Shown piece after piece: positions 8,857 to 18,243 of a stretch of 64,000 bases of DNA. Position 1 is the stretch's first letter. Every line of letters begins with the position of its first letter. Location of the stretch: assembly GCA_036259355.1 (NCBI GenBank), contig DATABY010000046.1, forward strand, positions 1,290-65,289, given 5' to 3'. Below the pieces are notes generated by a model, which saw nothing but the letters and a program-made list of their open reading frames with translations, did not search any database and was not told the origin of the DNA. Made by a program: the position numbers and the translations under genes. The DNA comes from Nocardioidaceae bacterium. Lineage in GTDB: Bacteria; Actinomycetota; Actinomycetes; Propionibacteriales; Nocardioidaceae.

Positions 8857-10068
8857 CTAATCAGGCGTGCCGTGGCCGGCGAGCCAGCCATCGTTGCGCA
8901 GGATGCCGAGCACGTCGTCGAGGGCATCCTCGATGCTGCGCCCGGTCGTGTCCACGGTCACCGCCGCGTCGGTCGGCACCTCGTACGGCGAGCTGATGCC
9001 GGTGAAGTCGGGGATCGCCCCCGCCCGGGCCTTGGCGTACAGCCCCTTGCGGTCGCGACGCTCGCACTCCTCGATCGGGGTGGCGACATGGACCAGCACG
9101 AACGCGCCACCGGCGGACTCGACCATGGCCCGTACCTCCCGGCGGGTCGCGTCGAACGGCGCGATCGGGGAGCAGATCGCGACCCCGCGGTGCCGGCTGA
9201 TCTCGGCGGCCACCCAGCCGATGCGGCGGATGTTGGTCTCGCGGTCCTCGCGGGAGAACCCGAGCCCCGCCGAAAGATGCCGGCGCACGACGTCTCCGTC
9301 GAGCGAGGTGACGGTGCGGTCGCCCCGCTCGAGCAGCACGTCGTGCAGCGCCCGCGCGAGCGTCGACTTTCCCGAGCCGGAGAACCCGGTGAAGAACACC
9401 ACCAACCCTCGGCGGTGCCGCGGCGGACGGTCTGCCTCGACGATGCGCCGCACCACCGCAGGCAGGGCTCCCTCGCCGGGCGGCAGATGGAGGACCTCGT
9501 CGCTGTAGGCCAGGGCGACCTCGTCGCGGAAGGTCGCGTCCTGCTGCGCGTCGTCTCGTCGCGCGGCCGCCACGGCGACCACCTCGGCGCCGTCGACCTC
9601 CGCCGCGGCGGCCAGCGTCGCGCGGACCAGGGCCGGCGCCGAGAGTCCCTCGGGGGAACCCGTTCCGACCAACGGCAGCAGCAGCGGCACCGCGCTCTCG
9701 GACCGCGCGACCGTGTCGACCGCCTCGATCGACTCGACGGTCAGCGGCCGGCTCACGGGCACGGCGAACGTCGGCGTACCGGCGTGCTTCTCGCGCACCT
9801 CCTGGGGCGACCGGTGGTAGCGCCGGAACGCGCCGAACTCCGGATGGGTGAGCGCCGCCACCGTGCCCAGGGATGTGTCGCCGTCGCGGTGCTGCACGCT
9901 GAACGTCGCCAGCGGCAGACCCTCCGGGTCGGTGAGCTCCAGGGTGTCACCGGCGGTGTCCGCGACCTCAGCCGGGAGCACCAGCGCGAGTGGCTCCTCC
10001 AGCGCGCCGATCAGGATCAGCTCGAGGTCGTCGAGCTCGCGCGGGGACGGGGTCCACTGGGTCGGCAC
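8857..10068 (-). CDS. cysC: Adenylyl-sulfate (APS) kinase with a degenerate ATP-sulfurylase-like N-terminal domain
   Basis: C-terminal half has FFTGFSGSGKSTLA (P-loop), LDGDVVR and FSREDRETNIRR. N-terminal ~215 aa resembles the Sat N-terminus (RELDDLELILIGA, LELTDPEGLPLA) but lacks the RNP/HxxH catalytic motifs. Confidence 0.85.
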   Translation of the reverse strand: MPTQWTPSPRELDDLELILIGALEEPLALVLPAEVADTAGDTLELTDPEGLPLATFSVQHRDGDTSLGTVAALTHPEFGAFRRYHRSPQEVREKHAGTPTFAVPVSRPLTVESIEAVDTVARSESAVPLLLPLVGTGSPEGLSAPALVRATLAAAAEVDGAEVVAVAAARRDDAQQDATFRDEVALAYSDEVLHLPPGEGALPAVVRRIVEADRPPRHRRGLVVFFTGFSGSGKSTLARALHDVLLERGDRTVTSLDGDVVRRHLSAGLGFSREDRETNIRRIGWVAAEISRHRGVAICSPIAPFDATRREVRAMVESAGGAFVLVHVATPIEECERRDRKGLYAKARAGAIPDFTGISSPYEVPTDAAVTVDTTGRSIEDALDDVLGILRNDGWLAGHGTPD

Positions 10069-10106
10069 CCGGCCGATTGTGCCAGCCGCCGGTAGGGTCG
10101 CCCGAC

Positions 10107-11084
10107 GTGACCGCGCCTGCGAACTCCGCCGCTGCCTCTGCCGACACCCGACCCGTGGTGGCCGAGGTCGTCCGGTCGGGGTTCGTCGAGGGCCACCATC
10201 ACGGCTCGGTGGTCGCGCTCTCCCCGGACGGCTCGGTGCGATGGTCGGTCGGGGACGTGGGCACGACCATGCTCCCGCGCTCGAGCAACAAGCCGATGCA
10301 GGCGGTCGGCATGCTGCGCTGCGGGCTCGACCTGCCCCCCGACCTGCTCGCGCTGGCGGCGGCGTCGCACTCGGGGGAGGCCTTCCACCTCGACGGAGTG
10401 CGCCGGATCCTCGCCGGTGCGGGCCTGGACGAGTCCGCGCTGCAGACGCCGTCGGACCACCCCCTCGACGAGGTCGACCGGGAGGCGGTGCTGCGCGCGG
10501 GCGGCGAGAAGTCGTCGGTCGCGATGAACTGCAGCGGCAAGCACGCCGCGATGCTGGCGACCTGTGTGCTCAACGGCTGGGACACCCGGACCTACCTCGA
10601 ACCCGGACACCCGGTGCAGACCGCCGTCCGGGCCGCGGTGGAGGACCTGACCGGCGTCGCTGTCGCGGTCACGGCCGTCGACGGCTGCGGCGCCCCGCTG
10701 CTGTCCACGTCGCTGACGGGGCTCGCGCGGGCGTTCCAGCGAATGGCGGTGGCCGCGCCCGGCACCGCGGAGCACCGGATGGCCTCGGCGTACCGCGAGC
10801 ACCCGGAGCACGCCTCGGGGACGCGACGCGACGAGGCCCGGCTGCTCCGGGCACTGCCCGGCACGATCGGCAAGGCCGGTGCCGAAGGCTGCTACGCCGT
10901 CGCGCTGCCTGATGGGCACGCGGTCGCGCTCAAGATCGACGACGGCGCGCCCCGGGCCCGACCGGTCGTGATGGCGTCCGCGCTGCGCCGCCTGGGCGTG
11001 CGGCACCCGGCCCTGGACGAGACCGGGGACCACCCCGTGTACGGCGGCGGACGCCGGGTAGGTGTCATACGCCCGGTTTGGTAG
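10107..11084 (+). CDS. Asparaginase family protein (L-asparaginase II / pfam06089-like)
   Basis: Motifs EGHHHGSVV, PRSSNKPMQA, AASHSGE and CSGKHAAMLA. GTG 10107 chosen. The ORF start at 9990 would overlap divergent cysC. Confidence 0.75.
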   Translation: MTAPANSAAASADTRPVVAEVVRSGFVEGHHHGSVVALSPDGSVRWSVGDVGTTMLPRSSNKPMQAVGMLRCGLDLPPDLLALAAASHSGEAFHLDGVRRILAGAGLDESALQTPSDHPLDEVDREAVLRAGGEKSSVAMNCSGKHAAMLATCVLNGWDTRTYLEPGHPVQTAVRAAVEDLTGVAVAVTAVDGCGAPLLSTSLTGLARAFQRMAVAAPGTAEHRMASAYREHPEHASGTRRDEARLLRALPGTIGKAGAEGCYAVALPDGHAVALKIDDGAPRARPVVMASALRRLGVRHPALDETGDHPVYGGGRRVGVIRPVW

Positions 11085-11101
11085 CCCGAACCGGGTTTGG
11101 C

Positions 11102-11150
11102 GCAGGGGTCCCCCGCAACGGACCTATCGGAGCAGGGGACCCCCGCAACG
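11102..11150 (+). repeat. Two 19-bp direct repeats 30 bp apart (GCAGGGGTCCCCCGCAACG / GCAGGGGACCCCCGCAACG)
   Basis: Read directly, 18/19 identical. The cores GGGGTCCCC and GGGGACCCC are also reverse complements of each other. Intergenic, between the asparaginase gene and the XRE regulator. Confidence 0.6.
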
Positions 11151-11191
11151 AAAGGCCCGGGCCGCGCGGTGAGCGCAGTCACATGCTCCCA

Positions 11192-11218
11192 GCTTGCATT
11201 TTGCTAACTATTGCAAGC
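11192..11218 (+). promoter_or_regulatory. AT-rich inverted repeat GCTTGCA-N13-TGCAAGC, candidate promoter/operator of the XRE regulator
   Basis: One of the few AT-rich patches (TTGCATTTTGCTAACTATTGCAAG). It lies 13 bp upstream of the XRE start and contains the TANNNT-type hexamer TAACTA. Confidence 0.45.
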
Positions 11219-11230
11219 AGACTGGGGGTC

Positions 11231-11617
11231 ATGGAGTTGAACGTCGGCAAGGCGGTCGAGGACCTCGGCGCGTACTTGCGGGAGCAGCGTCGCGAGGCGC
11301 GGCTCTCCCTGCGGCAGCTCGCCGAGCAGGCCGGCGTGTCCAACCCCTACCTCAGCCAGATCGAGCGAGGTCTTCGCCGCCCGTCGGCGGAGGTCCTCAA
11401 GGAGCTGGCCAAGGCGCTACGCATCTCGGCGGAGACGCTGTACGTGCGGGCGGGAATCCTCGACCCGCAGGAGGACGGTCAGCGGTCCGTGCACGTGTCC
11501 GTGCTGGCGGACCCCACGCTGACCGAACGGCAGAAGCAGGTGCTGCTCGACATCTACGCCTCGTTTCGCCGCGAGAACGAACAGAACGATTCAGGCCCGG
11601 TCATTTCCGACGCCTGA
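11231..11617 (+). CDS. XRE-family helix-turn-helix transcriptional regulator (Rv0474-like)
   Basis: HTH LSLRQLAEQAGVSNPYLSQIERGLRRPSAEVL. ATG 11231 preferred over the ORF start at 11078. Followed by hbhA-like and DUF2516 genes, as in mycobacteria. Confidence 0.8.
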   Translation: MELNVGKAVEDLGAYLREQRREARLSLRQLAEQAGVSNPYLSQIERGLRRPSAEVLKELAKALRISAETLYVRAGILDPQEDGQRSVHVSVLADPTLTERQKQVLLDIYASFRRENEQNDSGPVISDA

Positions 11618-11642
11618 ACCATCCATGACAGGAGGATTCACG

Positions 11643-12251
11643 ATGGCCCGGAACCAGACCCGGAACCAGAACTTCACCCCCGTCTACGCCGTGATCGGCG
11701 TCGGCGACCTGGCCGTGGAGAAGCTCCGCGACCTGAGCAGCGACGTGCAGGCGCGGTCGCAGAAGATCAGCCTCGACCCCAAGCAGCTGCAGGTCGAGCT
11801 CGAGAACGTCGCCAAGCACCGGGCCGAGGACGCGCGCGAGCGTGCCGACAAGGCGCAGCAGCGTGCGGAGGACGTCCTCAACGAGGTGGTGGCCCAGGCC
11901 ACGACCACGTACGACAGCCTCGCTGGCCGCGGCAAGAACCTGGTGCAGCGCATCCGTCGCCAGCAGTCGACGCAGGCGGCGAAGCAGTCCGCCAGCACGG
12001 CCAAGTCGCAGGCCAAGGGGGCCACGACGACCGCCAAGAAGGGCGCGTCGAGCACCTCCTCGACCGCGAAGCGCAGCGCCTCGGACACCGCGTCGACGGC
12101 CAAGCAGGGCGCGTCGAGGACCTCCTCGAGCGCCAAGAAGAACACCTCGGCCACCCAGTCCCGCGCCAAGGGTGCGAGCACGTCGGCCCGCAAGAGCGCC
12201 GAGTCGGCCGGCACCGCGACCGCGCAGGCGGCCCAGAAGGTCGGCGACTGA
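11643..12251 (+). CDS. hbhA: Heparin-binding-hemagglutinin (HbhA)-like coiled-coil protein with a Ser/Thr/Ala/Lys-rich repeat tail
   Basis: N-terminus PVYAVIGVGDLAVEKLRDL and YDSLAGRGKNLVQRIRRQ resemble HbhA. A strong SD (CAGGAGGATTCACG-ATG) supports the start at 11643. Confidence 0.7.
   Translation: MARNQTRNQNFTPVYAVIGVGDLAVEKLRDLSSDVQARSQKISLDPKQLQVELENVAKHRAEDARERADKAQQRAEDVLNEVVAQATTTYDSLAGRGKNLVQRIRRQQSTQAAKQSASTAKSQAKGATTTAKKGASSTSSTAKRSASDTASTAKQGASRTSSSAKKNTSATQSRAKGASTSARKSAESAGTATAQAAQKVGD
12033..12137 (+). repeat. 66-bp-period intragenic tandem repeat encoding 22-aa AK(K/Q)GAS..S units
   Basis: 12033-12071 and 12099-12137 are 35/39 identical (GCCAAGAAGGGCGCGTCGAGCACCTCCTCGACCGCGAAG vs GCCAAGCAGGGCGCGTCGAGGACCTCCTCGAGCGCCAAG). 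Confidence 0.7.
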
Positions 12252-12311
12252 CCGGTCGCGCTTGACGTCATCCTCCGGGTCAGCCCCGGACGTGGACGTC
12301 GATGATCCGCA

Positions 12312-12350
12312 CAGCAAGCCCCGGCTCCCCCGTGGAGCCGGGGCTTGCTG
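12312..12350 (+). terminator. Perfect 17-bp stem / 5-nt loop hairpin downstream of hbhA
   Basis: CAGCAAGCCCCGGCTCC-CCCGT-GGAGCCGGGGCTTGCTG, 60 bp after the stop. There is no U-tract, which is common in high-GC actinobacteria. Confidence 0.55.
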
Positions 12351-12417
12351 CGTCGATGGCCGGTTGTCCGCGGTCGTCGGCCGCCGCGGCAGCGGCCGGA
12401 CGGGGTAGGCTCGGCGC

Positions 12418-12708
12418 GTGGAGCTGAACCCGTTCGCTCTCCAGAGCGGCATCCTGCTGGTGATCACGCTCGCCCTGTTCGCGGCGAAGGCGTTCGCCTT
12501 CGTCGACGCGCTCGGGCGGCCCGACCAGGTGTTTCCCGCCGCGGACAAGCAGACCAAGAAGTTCTGGCTGCTGATCCTCGGCCTGTTCCTGGTCGCGCAC
12601 ATGCTGGACTGGAGCCCGGTCGGGCTGCTCAACCTCATCGGCACGATCGCGGCGCTGGTATACCTGCTCGACGTACGCCCGACCGTGCGCGCGCTGACCA
12701 GCCGCTGA
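12418..12708 (+). CDS. DUF2516 family small membrane protein (Rv0476-like)
   Basis: 96 aa with three TM segments and the motif FAFVDALGRPDQVFPAADKQTKKFW. Position after hbhA is conserved. Confidence 0.8.
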   Translation: MELNPFALQSGILLVITLALFAAKAFAFVDALGRPDQVFPAADKQTKKFWLLILGLFLVAHMLDWSPVGLLNLIGTIAALVYLLDVRPTVRALTSR

Positions 12709-12748
12709 TCGCCGCGCCGCCCCACCGGCAGTCCACTCGCTCTGTCCC

Positions 12749-13074
12749 GTGCCACTGCTGCAGACCGCGGAGACGCTCGTCGACTACCGCATCACCGGCG
12801 GAGGTGAGCCCGTCACCGTCTTCGCCCACGGGTCCTGCGGGAGCTGCCCGACCGGGCGCTGCTCGAGGACCGGTCGGCGCTCACGGGCGTGCGCGCGCCC
12901 GTGCTGGTGGTCGGCCAGCATGGCGACGACGCGCACCCGGCAGCGGTCGCCGAGAAACTGGCCGAGGTCCTGCCCTCCGCCCGGCTGGCGATGTTCGATG
13001 CGGGCGGGGTGTTGTGGTCGCATCGGCGGGAGCTGCGCGACCTGATCGCAGCGCACCTGAACGACGGAGCGTGA
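12749..13074 (+). pseudogene. Alpha/beta-hydrolase remnant with internal deletion and frameshift
   Basis: Frame 1 gives an N-terminus ending in the oxyanion HG motif (LVDYRITGGGEPVTVFAHG). From ~12830 a different frame gives a typical C-terminus (LTGVRAPVLVVGQHGDDAHPAAVAEKLAEVLPSARLAMFDAGG..W). The GxSxG nucleophile region is missing. Only ~108 codons remain. Confidence 0.55.
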
Positions 13075-13084
13075 ACGGAGAGCG

Positions 13085-13594
13085 ATGTCCATGCAGATGA
13101 CCGTGCTCGAGGCTGACATCACCACACTCCCGGTGGATGCCGTGGTCAACGCCGCCAACTCGGCGATGCGAGGCGGCGGTGGGGTCGACGGGGCGATCCA
13201 TCGGGCGGCGGGCCCGTCCCTGCTGCAGGAGTGCGTACGCCGCTTCCCCGACGGACTGCCGACCGGGTCGGCCGGGTGGACGGGCGCGGGTGCCATGCCC
13301 AGTCGCTGGGTGATCCACGTCGTGGGGCCGGACCGGCGTGCCGGGCAGACGGACCCGGAGCTGCTGGCCTCGTGCTACCGCGAGGCGCTGCGGGTCGCCG
13401 ACGAGCTCGGCGCGACTTCCGTGGCCTTCCCCATGGTGTCGGCGGGGGTGTACGGCTGGGACCCTGCACAGGCGTCGCGGGTGGCCGTCCGCGCGTTGCG
13501 CGAGACCTCCACGCACGTCGGGAAGGTCTGTTTGGTGGCCTTCGACGCCGATGCGGCCAGAACGTGGCGGGACGCGCTCGCAGGAGACGGATGA
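13085..13594 (+). CDS. Macro-domain protein (O-acetyl-ADP-ribose deacetylase / ADP-ribose-binding, YmdB-like)
   Basis: VDAVVNAANSAMRGGGGVDGAIHRAAG and VAFPMVSAGVYG motifs. 169 aa, stand-alone. Confidence 0.85.
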   Translation: MSMQMTVLEADITTLPVDAVVNAANSAMRGGGGVDGAIHRAAGPSLLQECVRRFPDGLPTGSAGWTGAGAMPSRWVIHVVGPDRRAGQTDPELLASCYREALRVADELGATSVAFPMVSAGVYGWDPAQASRVAVRALRETSTHVGKVCLVAFDADAARTWRDALAGDG

Positions 13595-13747
13595 CCGTGG
13601 TCACCGCGGGCGACTTTTGGCGCACATGGGCGCCGTCGCTTATCTTGGACTTCTGGAGTGCCCGAAGTGACACGGCACAAGTCCTGAAACCTCGCTCCTC
13701 AGCGGGCCACCTCTGTCACGGTACGGCGCTCTTCGCCGACGTGGAAG

Positions 13748-15430
13748 GTGGTTGCGATGCACCCCGTTGCCCGGTATCTGAGAACCCATACGAACCCACC
13801 GGTGTTCATCTCGGCGGCCCTGGTGGTGGTGGCCTTCGTCCTGTGGGGCGTGATCGCCCCGTCCAACGTGGGCTCGCTGGCCGGCTCGGTCAACACGTTC
13901 ATCACCACGAACTTCGGCTGGCTCTACATCTTCAGCGCGACCTTCTTCCTCATCTTCGTGGTGGTGCTGATGTTCAGCCGCTACGGCACGATCCGGCTGG
14001 GCCCGCGTGACTCCACACCCGAGTACAGCAACCTCTCGTGGTTCGCGATGCTGTTCACCGCCGGAATGGGCATCGGCCTGGTGTTCTACGCGGTCAACGA
14101 GCCCGTCACCCACTTCCTGAGCCCTCCCGTCGGCGAGGGAGGCACGCAGGCCGCCGCCCAGGAGTCGATGAACCTCACCTTCTACCACTGGGGCTTCCAC
14201 CCGTGGGCGATCTACATCGTGCTGGGTCTCTCGCTCGGATACTTCTCCTTCCGCCGTGGCCTCCCCCTGCGTCCGGCATCCGCGTTGTACCCGCTGATCG
14301 GTGAGCGCATCTACCGGTGGCCGGGCCACCTCATCGACGTGCTGGCTGTCTTCGGCACGCTGTTCGGCCTTGCCACGTCGCTGGGCATCGGAGGCCAGCA
14401 GGTCGGTGCCGGCCTGAACACCCTGTTCGGTGTCGACAACACCACGGCCCTGCAGATCTTCCTGATCCTCGCGATCACCGCGGTCGCAGTGGTCTCGGTG
14501 ATGCTCGGCATCGACAAGGGCATCCGCAACCTGTCGCTGATCAACCTGTGGCTGGCCTTCGCGCTGATGCTCTTCGTCTTCTTCTTCGGGCCGACCCGTG
14601 AGCTGGTCAACGTGCTCGCCGCGAACGTCGGTACCTACCTGCAGAACCTGCCGGCGACCAGCCTCGAGACCTTCCCCGGCAGCGCCAGCGGCCAGGAGTG
14701 GCAGGCCGCCTGGACGCTCTTCTACTGGGGATGGTGGATCTCCTGGTCGCCGTTCGTGGGTATGTTCATCGCCCGCATCTCCTACGGTCGCACCATCCGC
14801 CAGTTCATCGGCGGTGCGCTCTTCGCCCCTGTCGGTGCCTCGATGGTGTGGCTGACCATCTTCGGTGACTCCGCGCTGCAGCGGCTGCTGGCCAACCCGA
14901 ACAACCCCCTGGCAGAAGCCAGCGCCGAGAACTCGCTGTTCGTCCTGCTCGACCAGCTCCCTGTCGCCTCCATCGTGGCCACGATCGCCTCGGTGGTGGG
15001 CATCATCGTGGTGGTGCTGTTCTTCGCCACCTCGTCGGACTCCGGGTCGCTGGTCGTCGACATCCTCACCAACGGTGGCGACCCGCACCCGATCTGGCAG
15101 CAGCGGCTGTTCTGGGCCGTGCTCGAGGGTGTGGTCGCAGCCGTGCTGCTGGGTGCGGGCGCGGCCAGCGGCGCCGACGCGCTGGGCGCGTTGCAGACCG
15201 CGTCCATCGTGGCCGGGCTGCCGTTCTGCCTGGTGCTGCTGTTCATGTGCGCCGGGCTCGCGCGTGGCCTGAGCAGCGAGAAGCTCGCGGCCAACATCAC
15301 CCGCGAGCCCAGCCCGCTGCTGGACATGGCAGCACGGTCGCGGCTCGCGACGACCGACGGTCGTGGCAGCCGCTCCGACGATGAGGTCGGCGCTGAAGGG
15401 CCGGAGGGCCACGAGCCGGTCCGCACGTAG
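13748..15430 (+). CDS. BCCT family (betaine/carnitine/choline) transporter
   Basis: 560 aa, 12-TM type. Contains WFAMLFTAGMGIGLVFYAVNEP and the Trp-rich signature WTLFYWGWWISWSPFVGMFIARIS. Confidence 0.9.
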   Translation: MVAMHPVARYLRTHTNPPVFISAALVVVAFVLWGVIAPSNVGSLAGSVNTFITTNFGWLYIFSATFFLIFVVVLMFSRYGTIRLGPRDSTPEYSNLSWFAMLFTAGMGIGLVFYAVNEPVTHFLSPPVGEGGTQAAAQESMNLTFYHWGFHPWAIYIVLGLSLGYFSFRRGLPLRPASALYPLIGERIYRWPGHLIDVLAVFGTLFGLATSLGIGGQQVGAGLNTLFGVDNTTALQIFLILAITAVAVVSVMLGIDKGIRNLSLINLWLAFALMLFVFFFGPTRELVNVLAANVGTYLQNLPATSLETFPGSASGQEWQAAWTLFYWGWWISWSPFVGMFIARISYGRTIRQFIGGALFAPVGASMVWLTIFGDSALQRLLANPNNPLAEASAENSLFVLLDQLPVASIVATIASVVGIIVVVLFFATSSDSGSLVVDILTNGGDPHPIWQQRLFWAVLEGVVAAVLLGAGAASGADALGALQTASIVAGLPFCLVLLFMCAGLARGLSSEKLAANITREPSPLLDMAARSRLATTDGRGSRSDDEVGAEGPEGHEPVRT

Positions 15431-15461
15431 CCGCCGGTCCATCTGCCCGGGCGCCGGTGCG

Positions 15462-17375
<1,914 letters not shown>

Positions 17376-17380
17376 GGGCC

Positions 17381-18148
17381 TCAGTCCTGCGCAGGGGTGC
17401 GGTGGACCTGGTACTGCGAGGCCTGCGCACGGGGACGGACGACCAGCTGGTCGATGTTGACGTGGGAGGGTCGAGTGGCGACCCACCGGATGCAGTCGGC
17501 GACGTCACCGGCGCTCAGCGGGGCGTCGACACCGGCGTACACCTTCTCCGCGCGCTCACGGTCGCCACCGAACCGGGTGAGGGAGAACTCCTCCGTCTTG
17601 ACCATGCCGGGGATGATCTCGGTGACGCGGACCGGTTGGCCGAGCAGCTCCTGTCGCAGCGTCTGGGTCATCACCGCGACGCCGCTCTTGGAGACCGTGT
17701 AGCCGCCCCCCATCTCGTACGCCTCGTGGCCGGCCGTCGAGCTGACGTTGACCAGCAGCCCGTCGCCGCTCGCGACCAGTGCGGGCAGCAGCGCCTTCGT
17801 CACCTGCAGCGTGCCGAGCACGTTCAGCTCGAACATGCGCCGCCAGCTGTCGACGTCGGCCTCGGCGACGGCCTCCAGCCCGAGCGCCGCGCCGGCGTTG
17901 TTGACGAGAACGTCCAGCGGCGAGCCCACCCTGTCGACCAGGCGGGTGACGGAGTCGGGGTCGGTCACGTCACAGGCGACGGCGATCCCCTCGATCTCCG
18001 CGGCGAGCGCCTCGACGCGGTCCTTGCGCCGGGCCGCGCACACCACCTCGACACCCTCCGCCGCCAGGCCCCGCGCGGTGGCCGCGCCGATCCCGCTGCT
18101 CGCACCGGTGACCACCGCGCGACGCCGCGCTGTTCTGGGTTCTGCCAT
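17381..18148 (-). CDS. Short-chain dehydrogenase/reductase (Rv0484c-like)
   Basis: VTGASSGIG cofactor motif and a YTVSK (YxxxK) active site. Confidence 0.8.
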   Translation of the reverse strand: MAEPRTARRRAVVTGASSGIGAATARGLAAEGVEVVCAARRKDRVEALAAEIEGIAVACDVTDPDSVTRLVDRVGSPLDVLVNNAGAALGLEAVAEADVDSWRRMFELNVLGTLQVTKALLPALVASGDGLLVNVSSTAGHEAYEMGGGYTVSKSGVAVMTQTLRQELLGQPVRVTEIIPGMVKTEEFSLTRFGGDRERAEKVYAGVDAPLSAGDVADCIRWVATRPSHVNIDQLVVRPRAQASQYQVHRTPAQD

Positions 18149-18243
18149 GACGTGCATCCTCCCAAACACCCCTGCGGGTTCGGGCCCCGGGGAATGGGGG
18201 AGGATCTTGGGCGGTTGAAGGCGGGAAGGAGGTGAGCGCCACG

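Noticed and set aside
9990-10106. N-terminal extension of the asparaginase-family ORF starting at 9990
   Set aside because: It would overlap the divergent cysC start by ~80 nt and is Arg/Ala/Gly-rich. Family-like sequence begins after GTG 10107.
13085-13594. Macro-domain protein as a DarG-like antitoxin or defence component
   Set aside because: It is only 169 aa (macro domain alone, no C-terminal DarT-binding domain). No DarT-like or other toxin gene is adjacent, and the neighbours are a decayed hydrolase and a transporter. It fits a housekeeping YmdB-type deacetylase better.
13646-13684. Hairpin GGACTT-CTGGA-GTGCC-(11 nt)-GGCAC-AAGTCC in the 153-bp leader of the BCCT transporter gene, considered as a riboswitch (for example glycine or osmolyte-sensing)
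   Set aside because: It does not match the glycine-riboswitch core or any riboswitch consensus I can recall. A single short stem-loop is expected by chance in GC-rich DNA. A covariance-model scan (Rfam/Infernal) would be needed.
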